Positions 25,445 through 38,785 are shown, counted from the stretch's first letter. The stretch: DNA of 64,000 nucleotides from Cercozoa sp. M6MM (GCA_040357565.1 JBDODJ010000043.1); one strand, 5' to 3'. Numbers and translations are program-made. Notes: generated by a model from the letters alone, not told the origin.

Positions 25445-28400
25445 ATGCGTGTTTTGCCAGTAGAACTGCGGCAGGTCACTCGCTCGCAGTTCATGATGAA
25501 CGTAGTAGTTTCGATGGTAGTGCTTACCGTGAACAGTTTACATTTACGGCAAACTACGACACTTTGGCACATTGGCAGCTCATCACACTGGTGTCGGTGT
25601 CAGCTTATCTGCTGTTTCAGTGGCTTAGTGCCCGCGACGCACATGTACGTTTATTTCTTCACCGGGGTCTTCACTCGCATCTTTGCACGATGTGTGTCTC
25701 GGGTCGTGGATATTTAGTCTGAACTGATCAAGATGTCGCTCGGTTTTCGAGAAGTTATGCGTGGTACCCAAGCTTCTTGGGTGATACAGAAACGAAACAC
25801 TGCTTGCACTTCGCAGATGCCGTTGCGAAATCAATTTTTACTTCGCAGTCCGTTTCGAGCCTGTTTACTGCCAACCATCTGATATCACAGTAAACTCACT
25901 GCTACTTTGGCCACCATGTAAATGCCTTGTGTTTGCCGACGAAACTGCAGGTGCGCGCAATATAACGTTTCGGGCGTGTCAACCTGCAGCAAGTACCCTT
26001 GGCCTTAGCCAAACTTTCCGGTGCTTGCTCTATGAATGTGACAACCAACACTACCTGCAGGGTGGACAATCTCACCTCGGTGTCGCAGTTTGCTTCCTTC
26101 GTCACGCCCTACTTGAACAAGCAACCGTAACACACACGCGCGCACACAACCACACACAACCACACACATCCACACACAACCACACACATCCACACANNNN
26201 NNNNNNCACATCCACACACAACCACACACATCCACACACAACCACACACATCCGCACACAACCACACACATCCACACACAACCACACATCCACACACAAC
26301 CACACACGTCTTTTCTACCCCAGAGCCCTAAAAGCGACCGTGTATCTACCACGAGTGGAGCACGAGGAGGTAGTGTTGATTGTGTCTTTTTACGCGTGTG
26401 CATTGTGTCAGTGTATCTTAGAGGGCGCTGTATGAAAGCAAACTATCGAACCATCTCAACAGCTTCACTGACTTCCTTGATAATGTAAATTGTTGGGGTA
26501 GGAATTAACGAGGAAAAAGATCCTTGTGTTCAGGAGATAGTTCGAGCAGCGAATCGTTCGGTCTACTGGCCTATATACTACATCGAGCCTTCTGGTAAAC
26601 TCCGTTAAATAGCTCTCTGGGCTCGATCAAATGTCCAAACGACAGACGCAAATGTGGCGGCACCTGGCTTTGATCTCAGCACCGACTCCCGATTGATCGA
26701 GGCCATCTCCACCGCAGTACCATTTTCATACAGAAACTGGCTTTTGTCAAGAGGAAGAACTGAGATAATCTTCTTCTACATGTGCAGGTGAGCTCACGTC
26801 AGAGTGTGGCCTCCAAAAAGATAACGCTCGTCACCAACACCCGTACCTTCTTTGTCCTTTACGCCCCAGCTTTCTGCTTCTTTACTTTCCCTCAGCCGGC
26901 TTCATGGTCTTTGTGCCGACCGTGATTGAAAACGAGAGCGTGCAATCGCTTGCTGTGGCAGGTATTTTTACATCAATTATCGCCGGGGGGGGGGGGTATG
27001 GTACAACCCACATGGGCGCACTTTAGTCTGGGACATTGCCGAAATGCTGAGCTTACTGGAGATAAACAAAAAGTACGAGGAATGCACCTAAGGGTATAGT
27101 ATTACCTATGCGTATGTTTATTTGTAAACAGGTCGATAGAGGTGTTTCTCGTGGATGAATACGAAACTGGCGAAGAAGAACTGCTGATGAAACTGTCGCT
27201 TGAAGATGGACATGTGTCAGTAAACCACAACAGAACAGATTGTATACATGTCCGAAGCTCTGGCTATTGCTCTTCGTACGTCCAGGATCTAGCCTCAGAT
27301 CTGGTGCCATGTGACTCCACACAGAGCGCCGTGTTTGGAATCCGGCTTTGCACTGAACTATCGCGTATGCGCGCCCATGTTTCCCACTGAAGCTTGAGAT
27401 ACCCCGGCATGTGTTTGAATTGTAGTCCAAGTTTCATCAAGAACCTGGAAACTGCATGTGTACTACTGACGATATATTCCCCAAACCCGAATTTCGTTGC
27501 TAACTGTAGCGTCTCGCACGAAAACTACCGGCCGAGAGCTGCGCTAATCGCATTCATTGTTATCGTAAGTTTACCTTTGCACAGTGTGTGTTTCAGTTTG
27601 TGTTTTTCATTACATGCTAGCTTTTAGATGACGTTCGGGAGTTCCATGTGCGCTGCAACCGCTCTAGTTTGTACCTTCTGTCTTGAAGTGTCGGTCAACT
27701 CGTTGAACGTATGCTGTAACTATAGTACGCTCGAATCGCTCAAGACGCAATGTTATCAACTCGACGGTTCGCGCTGCACGACACAAGATCAAAGAGAGGC
27801 ACAGTGCGGAACAGAAAAAGCGCGAAATCGAACTGACGTCGTTCATGTTCCATGAACTGAGGAATCCCTTGAACGCAGGTAAATTGGCTGTTTCTCACTA
27901 ACAATTTGGTTTAATTTGCCCCAACACTCTTTACCCTTTCTGCAGTGCTGAGCTACATTGAGTGCGTACAAACTGATACAACCAAACTCGACTACGTTCT
28001 CAACTCCGAGAATGTCGTACGTCACACCATAATCAGACTCAAAAACTACAACTCGCATGTCATATGCCACAGAAACAAGTCATGCCAGAGAAAACCTCGA
28101 AAAAAGCGACGTTCCTGTCGAAACGGATCTGCACTGACAGTACTTCGGCTTTCATTTAATGCGTCAAATATTATACCTGTCGTCTGCGCGCATTTTGTAC
28201 AGCATCCGAGGCAATGACAAGTGCCATTCACACACTCGAAGTCGTCAACTCCGGTACCCTGTGCTGAGAAAAAGAAGAAACTGTGCTTGTTGACCCTTTG
28301 TGGCAGTATTGGACTTCCAGCGCATGCAAGAAGGCAACTTGCCGAACTTCACCGACCAGTTCTCCATTGTCGACGTTGCTGCAGGTGCGTTTCCCCCATA

Positions 28401-30494
28401 ACTCCCGGAAGAACCTTTTATTCATTATGATGTTTCGAGTGCAGAGGCAGTGAACATGCAACGCCGACTCGCGAAACCTGGCGTTGAACTGTACCAGACA
28501 CTCTAACTTTCCTTCCATTGTGACATGACTGCGTATGCACACTTCAGTCGCTACGATACCTCTGGCGACGAAAACATCGTGTGCAGTCGCCGCGCAGTCA
28601 AGCTAATACTCATCAACATGTTGGTACTTGACCTCGAATCGTAGAAAATATCATTCTAGTGCTTTGCACTGTGTAGTCGAACGCAATCAAATTCACGCAA
28701 CATGGATACGTACACCTATCGTACGTTGCGTGTACTGTACTACATCAGCCGAGGGAGTTGATATTTGATGTTCACAGCATAAGCGTATCGAACACATCGG
28801 TGCTTTTGTCGCCTGCCGACAGGTCGGCGGTACCTCGATACCACATCAGTGGGTTCATCTCAGGAGGGGTTTAAACTTGCATGTGCACTTGCAGATTTCG
28901 GCACCTGGCACTTTAGCCTTCTTGCAAATCGTGGTACTCACTCTGTGTGGTGGATACGCAAATACTCTGAGTTGAAACACAGGTGAGCGACAGTGGGTGC
29001 GGTGTGTCCGACGAGGACCAGGTGAACTTGTTCCACAAGTTCGTACAGGTCGGAGGCGACTCAGAAGCCCATCTGCTGGGCAGCGGTCTCGGCCTTGTGT
29101 TGGTACCCAGCACTGCATGGAACTCGAGTTGCCTTTTTGCCACATGCACCTACAGGTCCAACGCATCGTGTCTTCCTTCCAAGGCAGCGTGCGATTGTTT
29201 TCGCCGCTTTTCGGACCATCGGCACGACTGTAAAAACTATAGTGTACTTGATCTGATGAACATAAATGATACATTCAACAGTCCACCGGTGGGTGTATTG
29301 CCGCCAGAGATGTCGGAACTCGGAGCCAAAGACGAAACAGCCCGTGGCACAGCCTTTTTCATCGAGTACAGTTCCCTTTCGTGTGTTTATGCGAATATTG
29401 TAAATTTAAATTTACTTGAATCGAGGGAGTGCTCAGAATTCCAGTGTCTCGCGAGTGCCGGTGCCTGCAGTTGGATGATAGTTTAGTCACGAGCAGTACC
29501 GCAGCAGCACAACCGATGTCTCCGGTACATTTCTCCCTTCCATGCGTTGAAGCTTAATGCGAAACTGTAAACGGCAGATGTCGCAATGTCGCGTGCGATG
29601 CGTCGTAGTAGACGACGAAGGACCAAATCGACGCGTTCTTACGCGCAAAATGCACATGGTACCATTTCCCATTTTCTGGGGTGAAGGTGCTGAAATCTAA
29701 ACAATTTTGTCGTGACTTGTGAAAACAGGTCTCGAAGCAGTTGAAACTGCAGTCGTTCGAAACTGTCGCATTTGCATCGGTGCGTTCATTCCTTGTTTTT
29801 GAGCGTGCCTGTTTCACCTGATGCTTTGGTGCTTCTAGGGTGAGGATGCTCTTGCAAGGTGCAAGGAGGACATGTTTGGCCACACACAAGGCAAGAATGT
29901 TCACTTCAAGCATGGGGAATTGACATTTTAAAACACCTTAACTGCACATGAGCAGGCGAACAGTTGTGGCTGCTGCTGGACTTCAACCTGAGTCGCAGCG
30001 GAGGTACTTTATCAGAGAAATGTTCGCTGCGGGGGTGTCTCTTTTAACAGAAGAATTTAGGTGTCTTGAACGGCATCCAACTCATGAAGCAACTGGTACA
30101 GTTGTATCAAAACACAATGCAACCAACCGAGAGGGTAGCGCCTTCACATATTTGTATACGCGGTAGAGAACGCTGGTGAACTGCCCCAGTTTGTATCTGA
30201 TTTGTACCGGCAACTGCACGCAGGAGGACATGTAAGTCAATCAGTCACTGCCAACTGTCCCGAAATGTGCACACTTGTTGTAGCGATCGGTACCACAGCG
30301 TTGGTTTCGATGATGTGCTGGGCAAGCCAGTCCCACCGCTACCACAACTGACTACTTTGATGCAAGAGTACTCTCTTTCTTGCATGTCGTTTATCGTTGT
30401 TTCCTACGAATTCGAGAGTTTGCAGACACGTGAAACGTCTCCAAGAAGTGTCTCGACGTCGCCAGACGCGCTTGCCGATGCGTGTCTCCGGTAA
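25445..30494 (+). CDS. CHASE-domain hybrid sensor histidine kinase (TM-CHASE-TM-HisKA-HATPase-receiver), many exons
   Basis: CHASE: YLPRVEHEE, VYWPIYYIEP, NVAAPGFDLSTD; H-box SFMFHELRNPLNA (~27836-27877); N-box INMLSNAIKFT; G1/G2 VSDSGCG...GSGLGL; receiver VVVDDEGPNR, LLLDFNL, ICTGN, DVLGKP. Confidence 0.9.
26131..26306 (+). repeat. Intronic 10-mer satellite (ACACACAACC/ACACACATCC) with a gap
   Basis: Read directly. Confidence 0.9.
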
Positions 30495-30816
30495 ACTGCC
30501 CTTCCGCGAGTTAGTTTTGTGGTATGCGCGCTCTCCATTACTGCCTATATAGACCTTCGACAGGCGCTGTCGCAGTCGATAGCGAGTCTGCGCTCGCCAA
30601 GCAGTGGAAGCACTCATTGATTCAAGGGGTCTCAGGTTTCTCAGCTGTTCCTTAGGGTGCCAGTAAACTGACAGTTCGCGTCGCTTCAGTTCAGTTTAAG
30701 TTGTGGTGGCATTAACTTAAATCGGTAGGACCCGCCGTCGCGTCAGTTTACGTTAATTTACAGTTCAAAACAGATGATACGATACTTGACCAACTCAACC
30801 AAACTGAGGTTTATTC

Positions 30817-31588
30817 GGGTTCTGGGGCGTTGAAGCCCACTTTTAAATACGCGTGCTAACTATCATCAGTGCATGAGCATATAAGATTAGTGCATAACTG
30901 AGTGCGTGGAAGTTCCGCTAATCCCGTAAACTCGAAGAAATCGGCTTCACAAAATCGGGCAATTGAGCGCCGACCCACGAAATATAAAACGACTGTCCGC
31001 GTCTTTTTCGTATGTTAGCACGAGCATAGTGTTGTTATTTTGCAAGTGTAAAGTGTAAGCACACGACTTAACACGATAAAACCATGCCTGGCGTTCTGTC
31101 AGGACCGCTCTCAACACCACACTTAAACTTACATGTACGAGCTCCTGACCCGCGAAGACGCACTACAACAGCACGAGAACACTGCAGAAGTGGCAGATCA
31201 AGTTGACCCGGACTACGAGAGCCAAAACATGGCTCCCGGGACGCCAAGTGAGACCAGCGTACCTCCCGCCAAAAGACCACGCCGTGCCGCTGCCAGCAAA
31301 GCAAAGACAGAGCTACTACGCCAAAGCCAGGGTACTCTATTGATGTCAGCACTGCAGCGCAACTTTCGTTACAACGAAACAGGCAGCAGAGATCGCCATT
31401 ACCAAAGCGCAGTGATGCGAATCCGGCGCTCCAACGCAACAAAATAAGAGGATTGTATCACAATTTTCTTCGAGTTTACGGGATTAGCGGAACTTCCACG
31501 CACTCAGTTATGCACTAATCTTATATGCTCATGCACTGATGATAGTTAGCACGCGTATTTAAAAGTGGGCTTCAACGCCCCAGAACCC
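30817..31588. mobile_element. Non-autonomous Mutator-like (MULE) DNA transposon, 772 bp, 124-bp perfect TIRs, 9-bp TSD
   Basis: TIRs 30817-30940 and 31465-31588 are exact reverse complements beginning GGGTTCTGGGG; flanks GGTTTATTC (30808-30816) and GGTTCATTC (31589-31597) match 8/9. Confidence 0.88.
31133..31447 (+). pseudogene. Intronless 104-codon ORF inside the TIR element; probable transposase C-terminal remnant or captured fragment
   Basis: Contains a basic PPAKRPRR motif; upstream 31041-31100 reads CKCKV*AHDLTR*NHA/LAF with SWIM-like C-x-C-x9-[*]-x-H spacing broken by stops and a frameshift (inference). Confidence 0.45.
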
Positions 31589-31603
31589 GGTTCATTCATA
31601 TGA

Positions 31604-33757
31604 TCATTGGAAAGTGAAGACTTGCGGTGATTTGCGTTGCTTGTTCTGCAATAGAGTTGAAGTGATTCATTGTTCAAACCGCCAAACAACTTGAAAGAGC
31701 AAGATCGGAGACAATGGATATAAGTTACTGTGGAAGTTGGACGTATAGAAAGTGGCGGGAGAAGGCTGCCGTTGTCGTTTGTGTCATTGTCGTTCGTGTT
31801 CTTGCTGTTACTGTTTTCGTGGAGAGTGTTCTGGTCGATGTTGCCACTTTCTGGGTCATTACTGGTAGGTTTACTGGCGACAGTGCCGAAAAAAGGAGGC
31901 AGCGGCACGTCTGCGTCCAACATTGCGTGACTGATGTCGGGCAGGCTCGTGTCGTGTGGTGGGACACTGAGCGACTGCGGGTGCAGGTGCGACTGATCTG
32001 GAGTAGCGTGCAGCTGCTGCAGGAAGGACACATCAAGCAGCGGCGGCGTTGTAATGCCAGCCGATGCTGGCATCTGCAGCAACTGCGGCAAAGTTGAGGC
32101 TGGAGGTGCCGAAAGCAAGTTGGGCAGTGCCGTGTCTTGTAGCTGGTGCTGTTGCTGGTGCTGTTGTTGTTGCTGTTGCTGTTGCCGAAGGACCCTATCA
32201 AGCTCACCAGTTGAGCTGTTGTTATTGTTGTTGCTGTCATCGATGGAGGAGTTGTTGTTGTTGTTGTTGTTACTGGTGATGCAGTTTTCAGTGCCGTCGC
32301 TGGTGCCGTCAGTGTTGAGAGTACTGGCTATAGCCGCGTCCACATCGGCGAGTGTCCAACCCAGTCCACTCGAAGAAGCGGAAGCCTCCGCGGAGACACC
32401 CGAAGGAAAGGCAGGGTCGTTCAACAGTTGCGACAGCGCCGCGTCTGACAGACCCAGCAAGTCGACAGCACCAGGAGTCGGGCCGGCATCGTTTGTGCTG
32501 CCACTACCACTCGCGTCGTCAACCGGCAGTGAGTTCAGAGAAGCGATGTCGAGTAGACTCAGGTCGTTGAGTCCCTCTACAACACGCAACTGTATCATGG
32601 CTTGGAAACGACATGGACAACAGAGGTACCCAGGTTCCCCAAGGAGCCGAGACTATTGAGATCGAGTGCACCAACGTTGCCTACAGTGCCATGCAAGTAC
32701 ATGTACACATGACCAAGGAAAGAGTGAGATCGCGAATCTACCAATGCCAGACAGGTTGTTGCTGTTGTTTGAGTTGTTTATGCCTGCGCTCTGTTCGAAA
32801 CTGGCGTCGATGGCACGCAGCTCGTTCAATAGCTCGCTGTCGTTCAGTCTGTACCCACAGCGAAGCAACCATTGTATCGATTAGTTTCTTCCTCGCAGTG
32901 ACGGTACATGCTGGAAGAGGAATCATCGCTTGACAGCAATGCCGCCATTTCGAGGTTGGTGAGCGCGTCGCTGCATTTTTTAACATCCACCGTTTGGTAC
33001 AGCAGCACTCTAGTGGAGACATTTACGTAGGTGGCGGCGTGCCGAGCTGCCTCGCTTCACCAATTCGCGCATACCGAACGTCAAACGGTGGCAGTCCCTT
33101 TCGACACAATCAGTTACCAGAGGAAAATGAACTTCAGTTTTGCCTTGTACCAATTGCGCGCGCAATGCGTTTGTCTCCTTTTCCTTCACCTTGTTTGCTT
33201 CCCTATTAATAATCATGCACTCTGACAGAACACACTTTAATCACGAGAAGCTCGAAGCTAAAGTACCGCAGAGCACTAATGATTTCGCACAGTGCACTCA
33301 GACACTGGGCGTGTGTGCGAGCCTGTGCTTGCCAGATACCGGGGATGTGGAAACAACAGCGACACGGGCGGGGGGGGGGTAAGCAATCATTGCGCTCTGA
33401 GTACCTCTGGAACAATGACCCCCGGGATGTTGCGCTTCGACGCGATGAAATCCGGCAGCACCGCCAGTCGCTCCGACAGCAGTGTGCTACCCCAGGTTAT
33501 GTACAAAAGTGTACCAAAATACCAGCAGGAAAAGTCAGCAAACTGATAAATTTAGAAACAATGAAACTCAGGCACACAGAGATCAAATCGACAGCGCACG
33601 CGCAGCATTGGTGTTACCGCGAGAGTTTAGTTTTCCGTGGCTTGCTCATGCCATGGACACGCCGAGGGACAGACCACTCCACGGCAATGGAGAGCTGACC
33701 GTGGCGTGCACGTTTTTCGTCTCGCGGCGGTACATACTGTTCGGACTTTTCGCACAT
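31604..33757 (-). CDS. Divergent bHLH-leucine-zipper-like transcription factor with long N/Q/S/P-rich C-terminus
   Basis: Spliced N-terminus ...RRVHGMSKPRKTKLSRTLLSERLAVLPDFIAS-loop-RTHAQCLSALCEIISALREANKVKEKETNALRAQL fits the helix-loop-helix-zipper pattern; large low-complexity exon (ORF 31546-32598). Confidence 0.55.
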
Positions 33758-33995
33758 CTTAAATTTAAAGTAGTTGTGCGCTCGGATCGGATTCGGACGG
33801 AGATCTGAATAGATTACAAGCTGCGTTCAACTACTTTAAATTTAATTTACATTGCCAAGTTGCCTCGCTATGTTGCTATGCCAAGTTGCCCCTGCTAAGT
33901 TCCTTCCGCAACAGTTAAAAGTTGAGCGGAGTTCAGTTCGTTGAAAAGTTATTTTTAAACAGTCACTAGTACAGTTAGCCCGGCGCGGTGGACGC

Positions 33996-35996
33996 TTACC
34001 AGAAGCGACCTGCTGAGAGAAGGGTCGCTCCCAGCGCAGCCGAGAGCACGTCGATAGCTCTCGGGAGTGCGCCGGCGCTGGCACCCGACGGCTGGTTGTT
34101 GTTGCCGTCAGTGCCGCTTGGACTGTTGCTGGCCACGACAGCCACATCGGCCTGGACACGGGCATAGTCGGCATCGTTCTGCAGGAGCGACGCACTGCTT
34201 CCGGTGTAGTTCGATACCGGCAGCTGCACCAGCACGGCGTCGACGATGGCAGAGCCGGGAGCGAGACCGAGGTCTTTAGCCACGTCGTCAATGATGTCCT
34301 ATTCAGAGAATATGTACATACTGGACAGCACGAATAGAGATACATTGTAGCCTAAATTTTGTACTGTACCTGCAACTGCTCCAGCATCTGCTGACGTGCA
34401 TCGACCTGGAGGTTGGCCAGCGCCTTCTTCAAGAAGACACGCAGATTGAAGTCGCCCACAATGGCGTCGTCGTTACGCTCCATCTTCTCGCCGGCAGAAT
34501 CCACCACGACATCCTACAGCAACCTCCAGGTATCACAAAACTGACGTCACTGTTGATAGCCAAGTAGTTTTGCTGTACCTCCAGTTCGTCCAAGAGCTTC
34601 TCGCCGAGTGCCGCCAGGAAACGCTGGCGCTGCTGCTCGGGCGGCAGGAACAGCACGGTTTCGATCTCATCGTCGTCCTCATCGTCGCTGTCGTTGCAGT
34701 CGCACTCTTCTTCGTACTTGGGCTTGTCCTCATGGGCAGGGCACAGATACGCCGGCACCGGGAACTCCAGCTCGTCCACCTCGACCTGCATCAATGCATC
34801 ATCATCACTCGATAGTGCAGTCGTAAAGACACTCTCGTCATGCCATTTTGATGGGACAGCAAGTGTACCTTGCCAGGTGTCAGGTCGGCCTCGATGTCAA
34901 GCTTTGCCTCACAGTAGACGACGCGACGACGCGTGCTGCCAAGCCAGCAGTACACAGACTGTGCAATCAGAGGAGTCAAGTTACACGGTACCAGCTGGCT
35001 TCACTGCCGAGTGCGGTGACGTCACCGTTGGAATCACGTGGTAAGCAGCGACCGTAGTCCTTCTCCTTCCACTCGTAGGACACAGCTGACTCAACTTCGT
35101 CGTCGCAGTCGTCGGCGTCGCATGTCAACAGCGCAGGCGGACGCGGCGACTCGCTGCAGTCCTCGGGCATGGCCTTGCCGACAAGCGTCATGACGCCCTG
35201 TGCGTCCGACCGGAAGACGCCACAGTACACTGCGCACACACAGACTATTACATGCCAAGGATGTCTGAGAGAGCTATTTACCCTGACGACGTACGGCACA
35301 GATTCGTTCCTGACCATCGACAGGGTCAGTAGAGGTGCCGTTGTTGCCCGAGAAGGAGTTTTGCAACACATCGCTCGAGTCGACATCGGCCAGGGACAGG
35401 TGACGGCAGAATCGCTCATCGTCCGGCTCACCGACCACCTGCAGTGCAGAAATTAATACTTATGCTGCATCTAATACTCGTGAAACTGTAAAGTACAGTT
35501 ATTTACCCAGTGATGAGAAGCAGATGACGGGTCCTGAGAAGAGCAGTCGCACTCAACCTGACTGGACGGCAGACAGAGGTTCACTTGAGCCCTGGGAACA
35601 CAGACTGTCTCTCACGCAGACAAGACAAACTGTTAACAACTTACAAGTTGGCGGTATCAATGGGAACGTTGTTGTCGGAAAGGCACTGCTCGACACAGTG
35701 CTCCATGTTCACCACGGTGCCGTTGTAGGCCATGTCGGTGCATGTCACCTCGACTGAGCGAAAGCACGCACCTGCTTCGAGCGAAAACGCACACAAATCA
35801 GTGGGCTCGCCTTGAACGACCTGGTACTGTCAAAGACCAAACAATTATATCTATGTATGTAAATACTATACAATTTCAATTTAATGCAAACTGAAACACA
35901 ACCGAACACAACACAACACTCAGAGAAAGGTACGCGCTGCGAAGACGTCTGAGCAAACGTCTGGGCTGCAAGCAAACTGGAAAGAAGAAGTTTCAT
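33996..35996 (-). CDS. Secreted, probably GPI-anchored Cys-rich surface protein with TSP1-like module(s)
   Basis: Signal peptide MKLLLSSLLAAQTFA; YEWKEKDYGRC...YCWLGSTRRRVVYC...C...KPKYEEEC; C-terminal SGASAG + hydrophobic VLSAALGATLLSAGRFW*. Confidence 0.6.
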
Positions 35997-36580
35997 TGGG
36001 GACCGAGACGTTAATGGCAGGTGTGAACTCGGAGAGGTATTCGGTTTGATAAGAGCAGTGAGAAAAGCGTGAAAGAAACAAAACAGAGTATATGTTGCAT
36101 CCGGGGACGATTGCTGTGCAACTACTGGCAGCAACAGTTGGTGAGCAATGCGGGATACCCACCCCGAGATTTTACCCAATACTTGCCTCACAAAATTCAA
36201 AATGTGCAGATGATTGATTCCCCTTGCCCGATCACGATAATAATCTCGATATTATGCCAAAAACTGCTTCTAGCGTGGCTGCTTAGACACTGCGACTTGG
36301 TTTAACCACAAAGACACTGAATTATACTTGTACAGCGTACAACTGTACTTCTAAACGGTGCCTATCTTTGTGCTGGATGCACATAAACTAAACGTAAATG
36401 AAACACTTAAATTGAAACCGAACTCGTTGGCACGACGCGATGGCTGGCACGTGCATCGAACCACAAGCTTCGAAGAAACCCCTCGAGGCGACGAGAACCC
36501 ACGAGTGGGTGGCGAGCACACGTACTTGACTGTATCCCGACTGTGCTGGTATGAGGTTGAGTGGCACCGATACCCGCCGA

Positions 36581-38193
36581 CTAGCTCGATGGACGGCGAC
36601 GCTTCTTGGAGAGTTCCTGAAGGTGCGCCTTGAGCGCGTCGACGTGCTGCACAGAGACAACAACGGCGCCGTCGCTGTCCTGCTGACTCTGCTGCAGTGC
36701 TCCGACCTGGTCGATACATGTCGAAATATACATGTCGAAATATATGGCAACACACTAGGTTTGGTACCCAATCTCTCATAACGGTGCGCAGTGTAGACAG
36801 TCCCTCGCCCAGGGCAGCCAGCTGGGTACGGTCCATCGATGCGAGTGTCTCTTGCATCAACTCGTTGTCTTCACGCTGTTGTCACAGGGTGGGTAGCTAG
36901 GGTAGGGGGGTGTGAGGGAGAAGTAATACCTGTCGATGAGCCATACGGCGTCGTACTTCAGAGGCAAGTCGCGTGGTAGCATCGCCTTGTCCGTCAGCAA
37001 CGACGTCCATCTCACTCACATGTTCCTATCCCAAAGCCCCAAAGCACCAAAGCGTATAGGGTAGGCATAGAAGACAAAAAATGGTACCACAGCATTGTCG
37101 TAGATCTCGCTGAGATGCAGTGGCCACGGGAAAACACGCGCCTCACGCAGACTGTGCTCGCACTCGAAACACGTTGCCACTTGTCTCACAAACGCCGTCA
37201 GTTTCGCCTCGGGTATCACGCTGAACATACAACATACAGACATATTAACATCAGGGAGGGGGGGGGGGGTCAAGCTACATCCCGCCCTCAGCAGTCACCG
37301 TAGCCAAAACTGCAGAAACGTCGACGTCAAAACGCGCTCGCTGACAACCGGCCTCGTGGCCGCGACGCCGTTTCTTCAACGGTTCCGCGTTTTCCTCGGT
37401 TTCAGCGCTGCTGTCTTTTGCAATCTCAGTTTCGGGAGTGTCGAACGAGCCAGTTCCCACCAGTTGCAGCAGGAAAGGAACACGCTGGGCGCAGCTTTTG
37501 CACATGTAAACGTCTGGCACCTCGCCTAACAACATCTCAACTGTAGGAAGTATCTGAATTGTAGGAAGCATGGGCAGGTACCAACAAAGTCGCGCAGGAA
37601 GGGTACGCACGCCACGTGGAACCAATCCTCGCAGAAGCGACACTGTATCATTTCCGACTCGACTTCTTCCTCACGCTTGTCGCATACTACGGGGAGACGG
37701 GTAGGGGTAAAGAGAGGAGCAGAGGGAGGGTAAAGCCTACCACAGAATCGGCCGGAGAAGTTGTGTCCATATCGATTCCGCGTGTTGCGCTGACGCGGCT
37801 CTTGAGCAAAACTGCAGCGCCGCTCCGTCTTTTCCGGACAGCCGCAGTCGCAACTAAAGCAAAACAGCAGTTCAGTTCGATCAGAATAACACGAAAGCAT
37901 GCTTTAAGCAATACCGAAAGTCCCTCCGGGTCCACAGCTCCTCCAACTCGCATGTGTCGGCGTCATGGCACTGCCTCGCACACGCCAGACACAGGCCTGC
38001 CTCGCCTTTCGTGCACCTGCTTGTGTGTGCAATCAACCTTTTTCAACATTCTCGGAGCAAGGAGAAACGGCTAAAGTACGTTCTGCAGACGAACACCGAC
38101 TGATTAATGTAGCCCTCGTCATAGGTACAGCACGTGAGTCGCTTGCCTGCTGCGCGCTGCAGTGCCTCTGCCCTCATATCTTGCAGAGCCTAC

Positions 38194-38250
<57 letters not shown>

Positions 38251-38350
38251 NNNNNNNNNNNNNNNNNNNNNNNNNNNNNNNNNNNNNNNNNNNNNNNNNN
38301 NNNNNNNNNNNNNNNNNNNNNNNNNNNNNNNNNNNNNNNNNNNNNNNNNN

Positions 38351-38395
<45 letters not shown>

Positions 38396-38504
38396 GTCTG
38401 CTTCTTTGAGACAACGAAACACAGCAAGAAGTTACCTCATTGGCGTACTGAGCTGTCTCGAGTTCCGCTAGTGTATACGACTTGTCATCTTCCAACGACG
38501 ACAT
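36581..38504 (-). CDS. UBR7: UBR7-type E3 ligase (UBR box + PHD finger)
   Basis: AGLCLACARQCH, ELWTRRDF.CDCG, NRYGHNFSGRFC.C, EMIQCRFCEDWFH, YMCKSC. Confidence 0.9.
38197..38394 (+). repeat. (CA)n microsatellite with 100-N gap in the first UBR7 intron
   Basis: Read directly. Confidence 0.95.
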
Positions 38505-38785
38505 CCAAAAAGGCTCCTTCTGTGTTCTCTATCCGAGTTTCTGGCGGTAACTAAACGATAGAAACTTTAGTTTACACTCACGCACACACTCTGGAAAGCT
38601 AAAAAGCTCAGTCAGATCGAAAAAGTACAATAGCCACCATGGCTCCACGGTGCGCGATCAGCGATCCGGCTGCCAGGATCCTGTCAGTTGACAGCGTTAA
38701 CGGGGTTCGAGACGCCTCGGCCCGGCAAAGTGGCCAACTCTGCGCCTTTTGTCTTTTGCCTGATCTTTTGGGTCACGTCAGTGCC

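Noticed and set aside
31546-32598. 350-aa ORF as an independent gene or transposase
   Set aside because: Low-complexity, no DDE features; best explained as the large 3' exon of the bHLH-like gene.
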